DNA of 64,000 nt. It comes from an uncultured Spirochaetaceae bacterium. GTDB lineage: Bacteria; Spirochaetota; Spirochaetia; SZUA-6; DRHE01. The notes under the pieces were generated by a model, which saw nothing but the letters and a program-made list of their open reading frames with translations, ran no database searches and had not been told where the DNA came from. This document shows positions 27,909 through 36,513 of the stretch, one piece after another (within the stretch, counting starts at the first letter, position 1; the number at the start of each line of letters is the position of its first letter). The stretch spans positions 8,866-72,865 of the forward strand of contig CAZBDU010000014.1 in assembly GCA_964490725.1 (NCBI GenBank). Reading direction: 5' to 3'. Made by a program: the position numbers and the translations under genes.

Positions 27909-28175
27909 TCACGCCTCCGCCGGCCGGGGGAGGGCTCCACCCGCCGCGCCTTGCGCCGGCAGCGGCGCCGAGCCTCCACCCATGAAGTAGAGAAAGTCCA
28001 CCCTGTCCCGGTCCTTCACGAGGGTGGAGCCGTACTCCGCCCTTTTCAGGATCGTCCCGTTGAGCTGGACCGATACCATGTCGGGCATCTTCACCTCCTT
28101 GAGCCGCAGCAGGTCCACCACGGACAGCTCCTCGGGCTTTAGGCTTTCTTCTTTGCCGTTTATGACCAGCCTCAT
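27909..28175 (-). CDS. ThiS/MoaD/CysO/HcyS-like sulfur-carrier protein with a 20-residue extension after the Gly-Gly
   Basis: MRLVINGKEESL...DRVDFLYFMGGG is followed by SAPLPAQGAAGGALPRPAEA before the stop. AGGAGG SD. Confidence 0.75.
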   Translation of the reverse strand: MRLVINGKEESLKPEELSVVDLLRLKEVKMPDMVSVQLNGTILKRAEYGSTLVKDRDRVDFLYFMGGGSAPLPAQGAAGGALPRPAEA

Positions 28176-28180
28176 CTCGT

Positions 28181-29104
28181 TCAATCCTCCTGAAAAAGGA
28201 AGGTGCTCAGGTAGCGCTCGCCAGTGTCCGGCAGAAGCGCCACGATCGTTTTCCCCCGGTGCTCCCGGCGGTTCGCCAGCTCCAGGGCGGCGTGCACCGC
28301 CGCCCCCGAGGAGATCCCCACCAGCAGGCCCTCCTCCCGCATCAGCCGGTGCGCCATGTCGAAGGCGTCCCGGTCCTGCACCTGCAGCACCCCGTCGATG
28401 ACTGAGCGGTCGCACACCCCCGGCAGGAAGCCGGCGCCGATGCCCTGAATCAGGTGCGGGCCCGGCGCCCCGCCGGAAAGCACGGCGCAGGAGGCCGGCT
28501 CCACCGCGAAGGTGAGCAGCCCCGGCTTCCGGGGCTTCAGCGCCTGCGAAACCCCCGTCAGGGTGCCGCCGGTGCCGACTCCGGCCACGAAGATGTCCAC
28601 CCCGCCGTCGGTGTCGCGCCAGATCTCTTCGGCGGTGAGCCGGTGAGCCTGGGGGTTCGCCGGGTTGTCGAACTGCCTGAGGATCAGCGAGTTGGGAAAC
28701 CGGCGATGCAGCTCCTCCGCCCGTTCGATGGCCCCCTGCATGCCCAGATGCCCGGGAGTGAGCTCGACCTCTGCGCCCAGACCGCGCAGCAGGCTGGGTC
28801 GCTCGCGGCTCATGGTCTCCGGCATGGTCAGAACCACCCGGTAGCCGCGTACCGCCGCCACCAAAGCCAGGGCGATGCCAGTGTTGCCGCTGGTGGGCTC
28901 GATGAGCACGGTATGGCGATCGATCAGCCCGCGGCGCTCGGCATCCTCGATCATGGACAGCCCGATGCGGTCCTTCACCGAGCCGCCGGGGTTGCGGGAC
29001 TCCAGCTTGCCCACCACGGTGGCCCCGCAGCCTCCCGCCACCCGGCCGAGCTCCACCAGCGGCGTGTTGCCGATCAGCTCGCAGACGTCCCGGGCGATGC
29101 GCAT
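28181..29104 (-). CDS. Cysteine synthase (CysK/CysM family, PLP-dependent)
   Basis: [36 protein letters not shown]. Confidence 0.9.
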   Translation of the reverse strand: MRIARDVCELIGNTPLVELGRVAGGCGATVVGKLESRNPGGSVKDRIGLSMIEDAERRGLIDRHTVLIEPTSGNTGIALALVAAVRGYRVVLTMPETMSRERPSLLRGLGAEVELTPGHLGMQGAIERAEELHRRFPNSLILRQFDNPANPQAHRLTAEEIWRDTDGGVDIFVAGVGTGGTLTGVSQALKPRKPGLLTFAVEPASCAVLSGGAPGPHLIQGIGAGFLPGVCDRSVIDGVLQVQDRDAFDMAHRLMREEGLLVGISSGAAVHAALELANRREHRGKTIVALLPDTGERYLSTFLFQED

Positions 29105-29116
29105 CTTCCGGCCCCC

Positions 29117-29530
29117 TCAAATGGTGTAGGTGAGCTTGCCGGAGGCGTGCTGCCGGGCCAGGATCAGCTCTTCCAGGCTGATGTCCAGGGTCTCTTCCAG
29201 ACGGTCCTCCAGGCGTTTCCAGAAAAACCCCAGTGCGCCCTGCCGCTGCGCGCCGGAGACGACCTCCGGCCTTCCCTCCAGCACCGACAGAATCTCCAGC
29301 ACCCGGATCTGGCCGGGGTGCCTGGCCAGGGAATACCCTCCCCGGGAACCGCGAAAGCTCTGGACCAGAGCTGCCTTCTTGAGGATGACCAGAAGCTGTT
29401 CCAGGTAGTGCTGGGGAATCTCGTGCGGCTCCGCCAGATCCCGAATCTGGACCGGTCCCCTGCTGAGATTCATTCCCAGCTCGAGCATGGCCGTCAGCCC
29501 GTACACCGCCTTGGAGGAAATCCCGAACAT
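29117..29530 (-). CDS. Rrf2-family transcriptional regulator (CymR/IscR-like)
   Basis: MFGISSKAVYGLTAMLELG..IPQHYLEQLLVILKKAALVQSFRGSRGGYSLA. Confidence 0.85.
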   Translation of the reverse strand: MFGISSKAVYGLTAMLELGMNLSRGPVQIRDLAEPHEIPQHYLEQLLVILKKAALVQSFRGSRGGYSLARHPGQIRVLEILSVLEGRPEVVSGAQRQGALGFFWKRLEDRLEETLDISLEELILARQHASGKLTYTI

Positions 29531-29598
29531 GGCTCCACCTCTCCCGTGTCCCACGTTGATGGGCAGACGGTCCCGTGTCAAGGACTTCCCCTGCGCCG

Positions 29599-29823
29599 TC
29601 ACTTCTGGATCAGAAGGCGGTAGATGCCGTCGCTCACCTTCTGCCGTTCCAGCACCGCGTAGCCCTGCTCGGCCGCGCTCTTGGGTACGTTGTCCAGGGG
29701 CTCGCCTTCCGACAGCAGCACCTCCAGCCGGTCTCCCGGGCTCAGCTTCTCCAGCTCCAGCTTGGTCTTGACGAACGTCATGGGGCAGTGCTCCCTGGTA
29801 ATGTCAAGCTTGAACAGCGCCAT
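29599..29823 (-). CDS. TusA/SirA-family sulfurtransferase (copy 1)
   Basis: 74 aa. LDITREHCPMTFVKTKLELEKL contains the active-site Cys motif. Confidence 0.8.
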   Translation of the reverse strand: MALFKLDITREHCPMTFVKTKLELEKLSPGDRLEVLLSEGEPLDNVPKSAAEQGYAVLERQKVSDGIYRLLIQK

Positions 29824-29853
29824 AGTCTTTCGAACGCGCTCCTTCGCCGCAGC

Positions 29854-30426
29854 CTAGATGAACACGACCTCGCCGTTTCGCGAGTACTCCAGGAACTTGG
29901 CCACCCCCAGAACCTCCTTCACCTCGGGAATGAAGGTCTCCCTGCCCATCCCCAGGATGTTCATGGACATGTCGCAGGCGTAGAGGTTTACCCCCAGCGC
30001 CAGGGAGGCGTCGATCAGCTCCTGCAGGGTGGCCACGTTGCGCTTCTTCATCAGCCGGGTCATGATCTTGCTGCTCAGGCCGCCGAGGTTGAGACGGCTC
30101 ATTGGGAGGTTGCGCCTCCCGCCGGCCATCCAGTTGAAGAGGCGGGCCATCAGTCCCTTGCCAGCCAGGCTGCGGCCTTGCCTGGCCTTGATGACGTTCA
30201 GGCCCCAGAAGGTGAAGAAGATGTTGACCTTGTAGGCCTGCGCGGCGGCCCCGCTGGCCAGCGTGAAGGCGGCCACCGCCTTGTCGAAATCGCCGCCGAA
30301 GGCGATGATCGACAGCTTCTTCTCCAGTTTGGGGACGCCGCTGGCCTCGAGCTCCTCCCGGACCAGCGCCCTTATCTCCTCCCGGTAGTCCTGCCGGGTA
30401 GGTGATTCTTGGAGTTGAGTGCTCAT
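29854..30426 (-). CDS. DsrE/DsrF-like (DsrE2-type) sulfur-relay family protein
   Basis: KLSIIAFGGDFDKAVAAFTLASGAAA..FFTFWGLN..LYACDMSM. Lies directly upstream of the TusA gene, a common pairing. Confidence 0.7.
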   Translation of the reverse strand: MSTQLQESPTRQDYREEIRALVREELEASGVPKLEKKLSIIAFGGDFDKAVAAFTLASGAAAQAYKVNIFFTFWGLNVIKARQGRSLAGKGLMARLFNWMAGGRRNLPMSRLNLGGLSSKIMTRLMKKRNVATLQELIDASLALGVNLYACDMSMNILGMGRETFIPEVKEVLGVAKFLEYSRNGEVVFI

Positions 30427-30491
30427 GAATCCCTCCTGGGTGGTTTCTGCCGCCAGCCGGATCCCGGCGCGGGCTATCTACCACCTGTTCA

Positions 30492-30568
30492 AGTGTACCG
30501 CCGCGGGTGGGTTCATGTCAACTATCTAGCGTGACAAACTTGACAAGGAACTTCAGAAGAGCAATACT
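30492..30568. promoter_or_regulatory. Back-to-back divergent promoters for the dsrE-tusA... operon and the sulfite reductase gene
   Basis: Minus strand: TTGACA (30521-30516)-N18-TACACT (30497-30492). Plus strand: TTGACA (30540-30545)-N17-AATACT (30563-30568). Confidence 0.5.
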
Positions 30569-30634
30569 TCTGTTGCTGTTGCTCGCCTGGACAGACGAAG
30601 GGCAGAGGAAAGGGGAGCCTGGGGAGGAACCGCC

Positions 30635-33043
30635 ATGGAAGCGATCCACTACCGCTTGCCCAGCGCGTACGTTGAAGAGATTGCGCGATTGGAGGAACGA
30701 ACGGAGGCGTTCCTGAAGGGGAACCTGAGCGCCGGGGAGCTCAAGTCCCAGCGCGTTCCCTTCGGAATCTACGAGCAGAGGAAGGGCGGAACGTTCATGG
30801 TTCGTGTCCGCTGCCCCGCCGGGATCGTCACCCCCCGGCAGCTCCTGCGCGTCTCCCGGCTGGCCGCCGCGCACGGGGGCGGCACGGTCCACCTCACCAC
30901 CCGCCAGGAGATTCAGATCCACGATCTTGCTCTTCCGGCAGCGGTCCGCGTGATTGGGGAGCTGGCGGTGGCCGGCCTTTCCACCCGGGGCGGAGGAGGC
31001 AACACCGTGCGGAACATCACCGCCTCCCCCGACGCCGGCATCTCGCGCGCCGAAGCGTTCGACGTGGCCCCCTATGCCGTGGAGCTCACCTCGCGGCTGA
31101 TCGAAGAGGAGGACTCCTGGCGTCTTCCCCGCAAGCTCAAGATCTCCTTTTCCGGCGGCGACGCCGACGATTGCTGGGCCGGCGTGGCGGACCTGGGGTT
31201 CCTGGCCCGGCTGCGAGAGGGAGAGAGGGGGTTCAAGGTCTTCATCGGCGGCGGGCTGGGCGCCCGGCCGGCACCCGCACGCGGGCTGTACGATTTCCTG
31301 GCGGATGGGGAGGTCTACAACGTCGTGCGGGCCGCCAGGAGCCTGTTCGCCCGCCACGGCGACCGCAGGAACCGGCACCGGGCGCGGCTGCGCTTCCTGT
31401 ACCAGCAGTTGGGGGAGGCGCGCTTCCGCGCTGCCTTCCAGGAGGAGCTTCAGCGCGTTCGCGCGCAGGGGGTGCCGCCCCTGGCACTCAGGGAAATAGA
31501 GAATCGCCCGGCCGGAAGGCCCCGGCGGAGCGGGGCGGCCGCGTCCTTCGGGGGCGGGTCCTCCGGCCGTGACTACGAGCGATGGCGCAGCCGCTACGTG
31601 TGCCCGCAGAAACAGGAGGGGCTGTTTGCCGTGCTCCTTCCCGCACCCCTGGGCTTGCTGGAGGCGCAACAGGTGGAACGGCTGGCCTCCTTCCTCAAGC
31701 CGAGGGGGGACAACGTGGTGCGCATCACCCGGGAGCAGAACCTGCTGCTCAGAAACTTCTTGGCGGAGGATCTTCCGGCGCTGTATCGATTCCTGCAGGG
31801 ATGCCTGGAGGTGGATCGGCCCCCCCTGCTGGCCAGGATGATCTCCTGCGCCGGAGCGGCCACCTGCCAGCTGGGGATCTGCAACTCCCGCGCCGCCATG
31901 GAGGCGATCGTGGCGCGTCTTCAAGGCTGCGGGGCCGAGCTGGACGCGGTGCAGGAGCCGGCGCCGATCTACATGTCGGGGTGCCCCAACTCATGCGGCC
32001 TGCACCACCTGGCCGCCCTGGGACTGTACGGCAAGGCGGGAAGGAGCGGCGACAGGCTGTATCCCGCCTACGTGGTGGTCTTGGGCGCCTGCACGGGAGC
32101 CGCAGGGACCGTGCTGGCGCAAAGGGCAGGAGAGGTAGCGGCCAGGGACGTTCCGGCGTTCGTGGAGGAGGTGATTCGGGACTACCTGTCGGTCGGCGCC
32201 GGTTACCGCAGCTTCGCCGACTATACGCGCGTAGCGGCCGGCCGCGTCCGGCGGATCCTCGAACGCTACGCCCGCTTTCCCGCCTTCCGGCAGGACCTGG
32301 CCTACTATGTCGACTGGGGGACCGAAGCGCCCTTCTCCCTCCAGGAGCGAGGCACGGGCGAGTGTTCCGCCGGCCTCCTGGATCTGATCGAGCTGGACGT
32401 CAAAGCCGTAGAGGCCGCGCTGGAGGAGCTGCGCAGCCGCCCGGAGCGGGCCGGGCACAGGGCCGAGCTGCTGCGTGCCCTGGTCTTCCACGCCTCGCGG
32501 ATGCTCATCCCCGCTCGGGGAGAGGAGGCACGGGACGGGCAGGAGGTCTTCGACGCCTTCATCCGGCACTTCATCGAGACCGGGCTGGTGAGCCGCAGAT
32601 TCCTGGACATCGTCGTGCCGGCCAGAAGAGGCATTCTGCCGGAGCTGGAGGAGCTGGAGAAGGAAGTTCAGGAGCTGGCCGAGCGGGTGCTTCTTCTCTA
32701 CCGGATCATGGACGACCACTTGCAGTTCCCGGAGCAGGAGCCGCAGGACGGGGAGGCTGGCGGGCCATTCGAGGGCGCCGCCGAGGTGCGGGGAAGGGAG
32801 GGAACGCCGGCCGCCGATGTATTCATGGATCTGAGAGGGGTGGCCTGTCCCATCAACTTCGTGAAGGTCAAGCTGCGGCTGGCGACGATGGCCAGGGGAG
32901 AGTCGCTGGAGGCGTGGCTGGATGACGGGGAACCGGTGCGGAACGTTCCCCGTTCGGCGGCAGAGGAGGGGCACGCGGTGCTGAGGACAAGCCGCGTAGG
33001 TCAGCACTGGAGCGTGGTCATCAGGAAGGAGCGCGAAGAATGA
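30635..33043 (+). CDS. Assimilatory-type siroheme/[4Fe-4S] sulfite reductase fused to a C-terminal TusA-like domain
   Basis: NIR_SIR repeats with SCAGAATCQLGIC and SGCPNSCG Cys clusters. C-terminus MDLRGVACPINFVKVKLRLATM...VIRKE is TusA-like. Confidence 0.85.
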   Translation: MEAIHYRLPSAYVEEIARLEERTEAFLKGNLSAGELKSQRVPFGIYEQRKGGTFMVRVRCPAGIVTPRQLLRVSRLAAAHGGGTVHLTTRQEIQIHDLALPAAVRVIGELAVAGLSTRGGGGNTVRNITASPDAGISRAEAFDVAPYAVELTSRLIEEEDSWRLPRKLKISFSGGDADDCWAGVADLGFLARLREGERGFKVFIGGGLGARPAPARGLYDFLADGEVYNVVRAARSLFARHGDRRNRHRARLRFLYQQLGEARFRAAFQEELQRVRAQGVPPLALREIENRPAGRPRRSGAAASFGGGSSGRDYERWRSRYVCPQKQEGLFAVLLPAPLGLLEAQQVERLASFLKPRGDNVVRITREQNLLLRNFLAEDLPALYRFLQGCLEVDRPPLLARMISCAGAATCQLGICNSRAAMEAIVARLQGCGAELDAVQEPAPIYMSGCPNSCGLHHLAALGLYGKAGRSGDRLYPAYVVVLGACTGAAGTVLAQRAGEVAARDVPAFVEEVIRDYLSVGAGYRSFADYTRVAAGRVRRILERYARFPAFRQDLAYYVDWGTEAPFSLQERGTGECSAGLLDLIELDVKAVEAALEELRSRPERAGHRAELLRALVFHASRMLIPARGEEARDGQEVFDAFIRHFIETGLVSRRFLDIVVPARRGILPELEELEKEVQELAERVLLLYRIMDDHLQFPEQEPQDGEAGGPFEGAAEVRGREGTPAADVFMDLRGVACPINFVKVKLRLATMARGESLEAWLDDGEPVRNVPRSAAEEGHAVLRTSRVGQHWSVVIRKEREE

Positions 33044-33116
33044 AGGAAATGCTGGATGCGTTTCGCGCCCGGCTCGAAGGCAGCGAGGCCCAGGAGGTCG
33101 TACGCTGGGCCGTACC

Positions 33117-33235
33117 TGGTCCCTCGTATACTCCGGTTTCGATCCAGAGCATGAGGATCTGCGCGAAGCGCTTTGCACGCTGGGCAACGGGTTTTTCGCC
33201 ACCAGGGGCGCGGCGCCGGAGTCGCGTGCCGCACC
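33117..33235 (+). pseudogene. N-terminal stub of a GH65-family (kojibiose/trehalose phosphorylase-like) gene
   Basis: WSLVYSGFDPEHEDLREALCTLGNGFFATRGAAPESRA matches, from memory, the conserved N-terminal box of actinobacterial GH65 proteins. There is no start codon and no gene body. Confidence 0.35.
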
Positions 33236-33237
33236 AG

Positions 33238-33600
33238 TCAGTCCAGGCTGCGCGTGGTCTCTTCTGATCGGTCGAAGCTCCGAACCGCCTCCCGAAGCGG
33301 CAGGCCAAGCTCCTCTTCCACCAGACGCCGAGCCTCCGCAAAGCCGAAGGGCGGGACGTGCTCCTGCAGCCTTGCCAGAGCCGCGACGTACCGGCGGGGA
33401 AGCACATCCGGGCGGGTGCTCAGGATCTGCCCGAGCTTGACGAAGCTGGACCCAGGCCCACCAGCTGAGGTACCAGCCGCCCGGGAATCGATGAAGCCGC
33501 CTGCCGCCGTTCGTCCAGCCGACGGAATTTCCTGAACGCCAGGGCCGCCCCGGCGAGCGCCTTCAGGACCCTCCACCTGGATATTCCGGCCGCGCTCATC
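33238..33600 (-). pseudogene. N-terminal stub of a UbiB/ABC1/AarF-kinase gene, frameshifted and truncated
   Basis: FVKLGQILSTRPDVLPRRYVAALARLQEHVPPFGFAEARRLVEEELG is the ABC1 signature. The upstream part (..RWRVLKALAGAALAFRKF..) lies in another frame. The ORF ends after about 110 aa where it meets the GH65 stub. Confidence 0.55.
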
Positions 33601-33651
33601 TCCGCCTTTCGCTCGCCCAGATCTTGCGCGGCTCCGACGGAGCCTTGCACG

Positions 33652-34992
33652 TTACCGTCCCGCCAGCGGCAGGCCCAGCATGAGGTGCTCCCGAATGCTG
33701 GCGAATCTGCGTACGATGCCGCTTGGGTCGGTCACCTCCGCATGAAAGCCCGTCCCGCCGATGCGGTCCAGGGCCTCCACGCCGGACCCATAGGCGACCG
33801 GCAGGTACTCCAGGACGCCGATACGCCGCAGGTGCGCCACCCGACGGAATAGCGCCTCCACGCCCGCAAGCCCATCGTAGCGGCATTCGATGCCCTGATT
33901 GTCCTCCCCGTCGCTCAGCACGATCAGGTACCACGCGGGGGTGCGGTTCTCCCGGACCAGGACTTGCAGATCGTCGAGGGCGCGCCACACCGCCCGGAAG
34001 ATCGCGGTAGAGCCGCCCGCTTCCAGAAGGTTCGCTGGACGCATCAGGGAGACTCTCGCCTCAGGGCTGTAGCCCTGGCGAAGGGAACCGTGGAGAACGG
34101 TCACGTTTTCGTTGAAAGCCCTGAGCCCTACCCGGAGCCGAGGGCCGACGGGGATGGTGCGCAGGAAGACGCGCAGGGCCTGTTTGGCGGCCTTCAGAGG
34201 GCCGCCCTCCATCGAGCCCGACACGTCGATGAGGAGGTATACCACCCGCGTATCGCGCTCCACCTCGATCTCCGGGGGAAGCACGGCAGGCTCGGATTCA
34301 TCCTGCCGGGAGGTCTGTTCCGGATCCGGGGGCCACAGGCGATCCAGAGTGGGCGCAAACGAAGCATCCAGGCCCCGCAGATGCCAGTCATAGCCGGCAT
34401 TCGCGCCGGCCGCCGGGCCTCGCCTGCCCAGGATGGCGTTGGTCATCTCCCCGCACAGCAGAGAGTCCGCCGTGGCGGAGAAGGCGCCGGTCATGAAGGG
34501 GCCGTGCAGCCCCAGCCGCTCCCTGACCATCCGACACTGGAACACCAGGTGAAGGCCCTTGCGGAGCTTGAAGCTGCGTCCCGCCAGCCGGATCTTGACG
34601 GTTTCGTTTACCAGGTACACCTCTCCGTGGGGACTGTTGTTCCAGTAGCGGCCCGTCTCTTCGATGAAAGCCTCCTCCACGAGGCGATCCAGAAGCGCCC
34701 GGAACTCCAGCTCCTCCTCGGTCCAGGGCCCCCTCCGCATCACCTCGGTTTCCAGGTCGAAGCGGAGGTCTTCCAGAGAACGGGGCGTACCGTCCACATG
34801 GGTGAACGCGCCCGCGCTGCAGTCCCGCACCGCCTGGGGCGCGGTAAACAGGAACGGCCCCCAGGGGTCGTAGCCGGAGGTGTCCCGCACCCTTACGACC
34901 GCTCGCCTGCCCCGCCGGCCGCCGGCCCGCTTGGGCGGGCGGGTGCCTGTGCGCCGTTCAACGCCGGTTCGTATGTCCGATATCATGCTCAT
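33652..34992 (-). CDS. Unknown N-terminal domain (paralogous to the upstream gene) fused to a C-terminal vWA domain
   Basis: GGAAGGAG SD. vWA MIDAS motif LLIDVSGSMEGGPL ... VLSDGEDN. The N-terminal roughly 115 aa align with the C-terminus of the 35011-36246 product. Confidence 0.8.
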   Translation of the reverse strand: MSMISDIRTGVERRTGTRPPKRAGGRRGRRAVVRVRDTSGYDPWGPFLFTAPQAVRDCSAGAFTHVDGTPRSLEDLRFDLETEVMRRGPWTEEELEFRALLDRLVEEAFIEETGRYWNNSPHGEVYLVNETVKIRLAGRSFKLRKGLHLVFQCRMVRERLGLHGPFMTGAFSATADSLLCGEMTNAILGRRGPAAGANAGYDWHLRGLDASFAPTLDRLWPPDPEQTSRQDESEPAVLPPEIEVERDTRVVYLLIDVSGSMEGGPLKAAKQALRVFLRTIPVGPRLRVGLRAFNENVTVLHGSLRQGYSPEARVSLMRPANLLEAGGSTAIFRAVWRALDDLQVLVRENRTPAWYLIVLSDGEDNQGIECRYDGLAGVEALFRRVAHLRRIGVLEYLPVAYGSGVEALDRIGGTGFHAEVTDPSGIVRRFASIREHLMLGLPLAGR

Positions 34993-35010
34993 CGTCTATC
35001 TCCTTCCCGT

Positions 35011-36246
35011 CTACGCCGACCGCTCGGCCGGACCCCTCACGGGCTTGAAGCCCCGGCCCAGCATGGCGTTGGACATGGCTCCGCACAGGAGGGTGACTCG
35101 CTTGGAGTCGAAGTTGTCCACCAGAACGGGACCCTCCAGGCCGGCCAGGTCGCGGAGCATCGGACAGGCCCAGACGATGTCCTGCCCGCGCCGAAACCGG
35201 TACGACCTGCCGCCCACCCGCATCCGCCCGCTGCTCAAGGCCTTGAACACCGGCGGGTGAGGGCTGATGTTCCAGAACGAAGCCATCCGGTGCAGCACCC
35301 CCTGGGACTCGAGCTCCTGCACCGCCTGGAGGTACTCCAGGTCCGCGGGCTGCCAGGGCCTGCCGCGCATCACCTCGTAACGGATGTCGCGCTCCAGATC
35401 CTGGAGCCGCCCCTCCCGTTCGTAGCGGGCCCTGGCGACCGGGTCGGTCATCAGGAAGGCGTCCACCGGGTCCGGCTCTCCCTCGTCCCGGGCCAGTGAG
35501 CCGGTAACCCCCGGCCGGACGAGCTCCTGGGCGATCAGGATCCACAGGCGGAATATCCCCCTGTGCAGCTCCGCCCCCCACAGACGCTCCTCCGCGGTCA
35601 CGGAGGCCGGGCTGCGGCTGTAATCGGCCGCCAGAGCCACCGCGACGCTCGACCTGGCGCGCAGTCTGGCGCGCAGCCTGGGGAGGTTCCCTCTTTCCTC
35701 CCCGCCCAGGCGGAGGTCCAGCTCGAAGGTCTCCTCCAGTCTCTGGCAGGCCGCCTGGAGGCTGTCCAGAGGCTCGGCCAGAAACGCGTCGCTCACCAGC
35801 TCATGGGGGTCCAGCGGGTGCGGCTGCATAGGGTGGGCCATCTCGATGCGGGCCTGCTCCAGGAGCTGGAAGAGCTCGTGGTAGAGCCCGGCGGCCAGCC
35901 GCGCCCGGCGTTCGCTCCGGCGCACCACCCGCCTCCCGTGGCGCCCGGCGACGCGGATGCCCGCCGTCCGGGCAGGCGCCGCGATAGTCAAGAGGCCGAA
36001 AGTGTCGGCCAGAGCTCTCACGACGCCGGCTGCCGCCAGGCAGAGTGCCGCCTGCACGGAGCGGTCCTCCGCCGGGACGGCCTGGAGCTCCCCCCTGACC
36101 ACGTTCAGCTCGCATGCGAGCTCCCGGTAGGCTTCCAGCCTGGCCCTCGCCGCCTGACCCGCCTCTTGCGCACCGCCGGCGTGAGCGCGCGCCATGCTTG
36201 CCAGCCATTCACTGAACCTCGCGATCAGTCGCTGAAGCGCGGTCAT
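35011..36246 (-). CDS. Hypothetical protein: helical N-terminal half plus the same unknown Cys/Met-containing domain
   Basis: GGAGGGG SD before ATG 36246. C-terminus DIRYEVMRGRPWQPADLEYL..FWNISPH..GGRSYRFRRG..WACPMLRD..LLCGAMSNAMLG aligns with DLETEVMRRGPWTEEELEF..YWNNSPH..AGRSFKLRKG..FQCRMVRE..LLCGEMTNAILG in the next gene. Confidence 0.7.
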   Translation of the reverse strand: MTALQRLIARFSEWLASMARAHAGGAQEAGQAARARLEAYRELACELNVVRGELQAVPAEDRSVQAALCLAAAGVVRALADTFGLLTIAAPARTAGIRVAGRHGRRVVRRSERRARLAAGLYHELFQLLEQARIEMAHPMQPHPLDPHELVSDAFLAEPLDSLQAACQRLEETFELDLRLGGEERGNLPRLRARLRARSSVAVALAADYSRSPASVTAEERLWGAELHRGIFRLWILIAQELVRPGVTGSLARDEGEPDPVDAFLMTDPVARARYEREGRLQDLERDIRYEVMRGRPWQPADLEYLQAVQELESQGVLHRMASFWNISPHPPVFKALSSGRMRVGGRSYRFRRGQDIVWACPMLRDLAGLEGPVLVDNFDSKRVTLLCGAMSNAMLGRGFKPVRGPAERSA

Positions 36247-36319
36247 GTTGCGTCCCCTCCGGTCCTCCCGGGCCGGCACTCGCACGGTTCGTGCCAGGAG
36301 AGTCTCTCGAGCAGGCAGG

Positions 36320-36384
36320 ACACCCCACCGGGGAGGGGTATCGTACCTTTCTACAAACATAACTGCGGAACGGTCGGTTGTCAA
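36320..36384 (-). promoter_or_regulatory. Promoter (TTGACA-N17-TATGTT) plus operator copy S3 (minus-strand ATACCCCTCCCCGGTGGGGTGT, 36341-36320)
   Basis: Read directly on the reverse strand: -35 at 36384-36379 and -10 at 36361-36356. The operator lies 14 nt downstream and ATG 36246 lies 73 nt further. Confidence 0.7.
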
Positions 36385-36513
36385 GACCAGCGCTGACGAG
36401 GATCGTACAGCGCCGTCAACCAGCCGTAGCAGAAGGCGGGAATATACTTGTCACGCTTGTTGTCCCTCGTCTTCACCCCCCGGCCCTTGCCCGGCTCGGA
36501 GCGTCAGGGCGAG

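Noticed and set aside
30516-30545. Inverted repeat TGTCAA...TTGACA between dsrE and the sulfite reductase gene as an Rrf2 operator.
   Set aside because: The two arms are simply the -35 boxes of two divergent promoters, each with a properly spaced -10. An Rrf2 site may exist here, but I cannot define it from one locus.
30427-30634. A SAM, T-box or other riboswitch in the 5' leaders of the Cys/Met operon and the sulfite reductase gene.
   Set aside because: The leaders are only about 65 nt after the predicted -10 boxes, and I recognise no conserved riboswitch core sequences. A covariance-model scan (Rfam/Infernal) would be the proper test.
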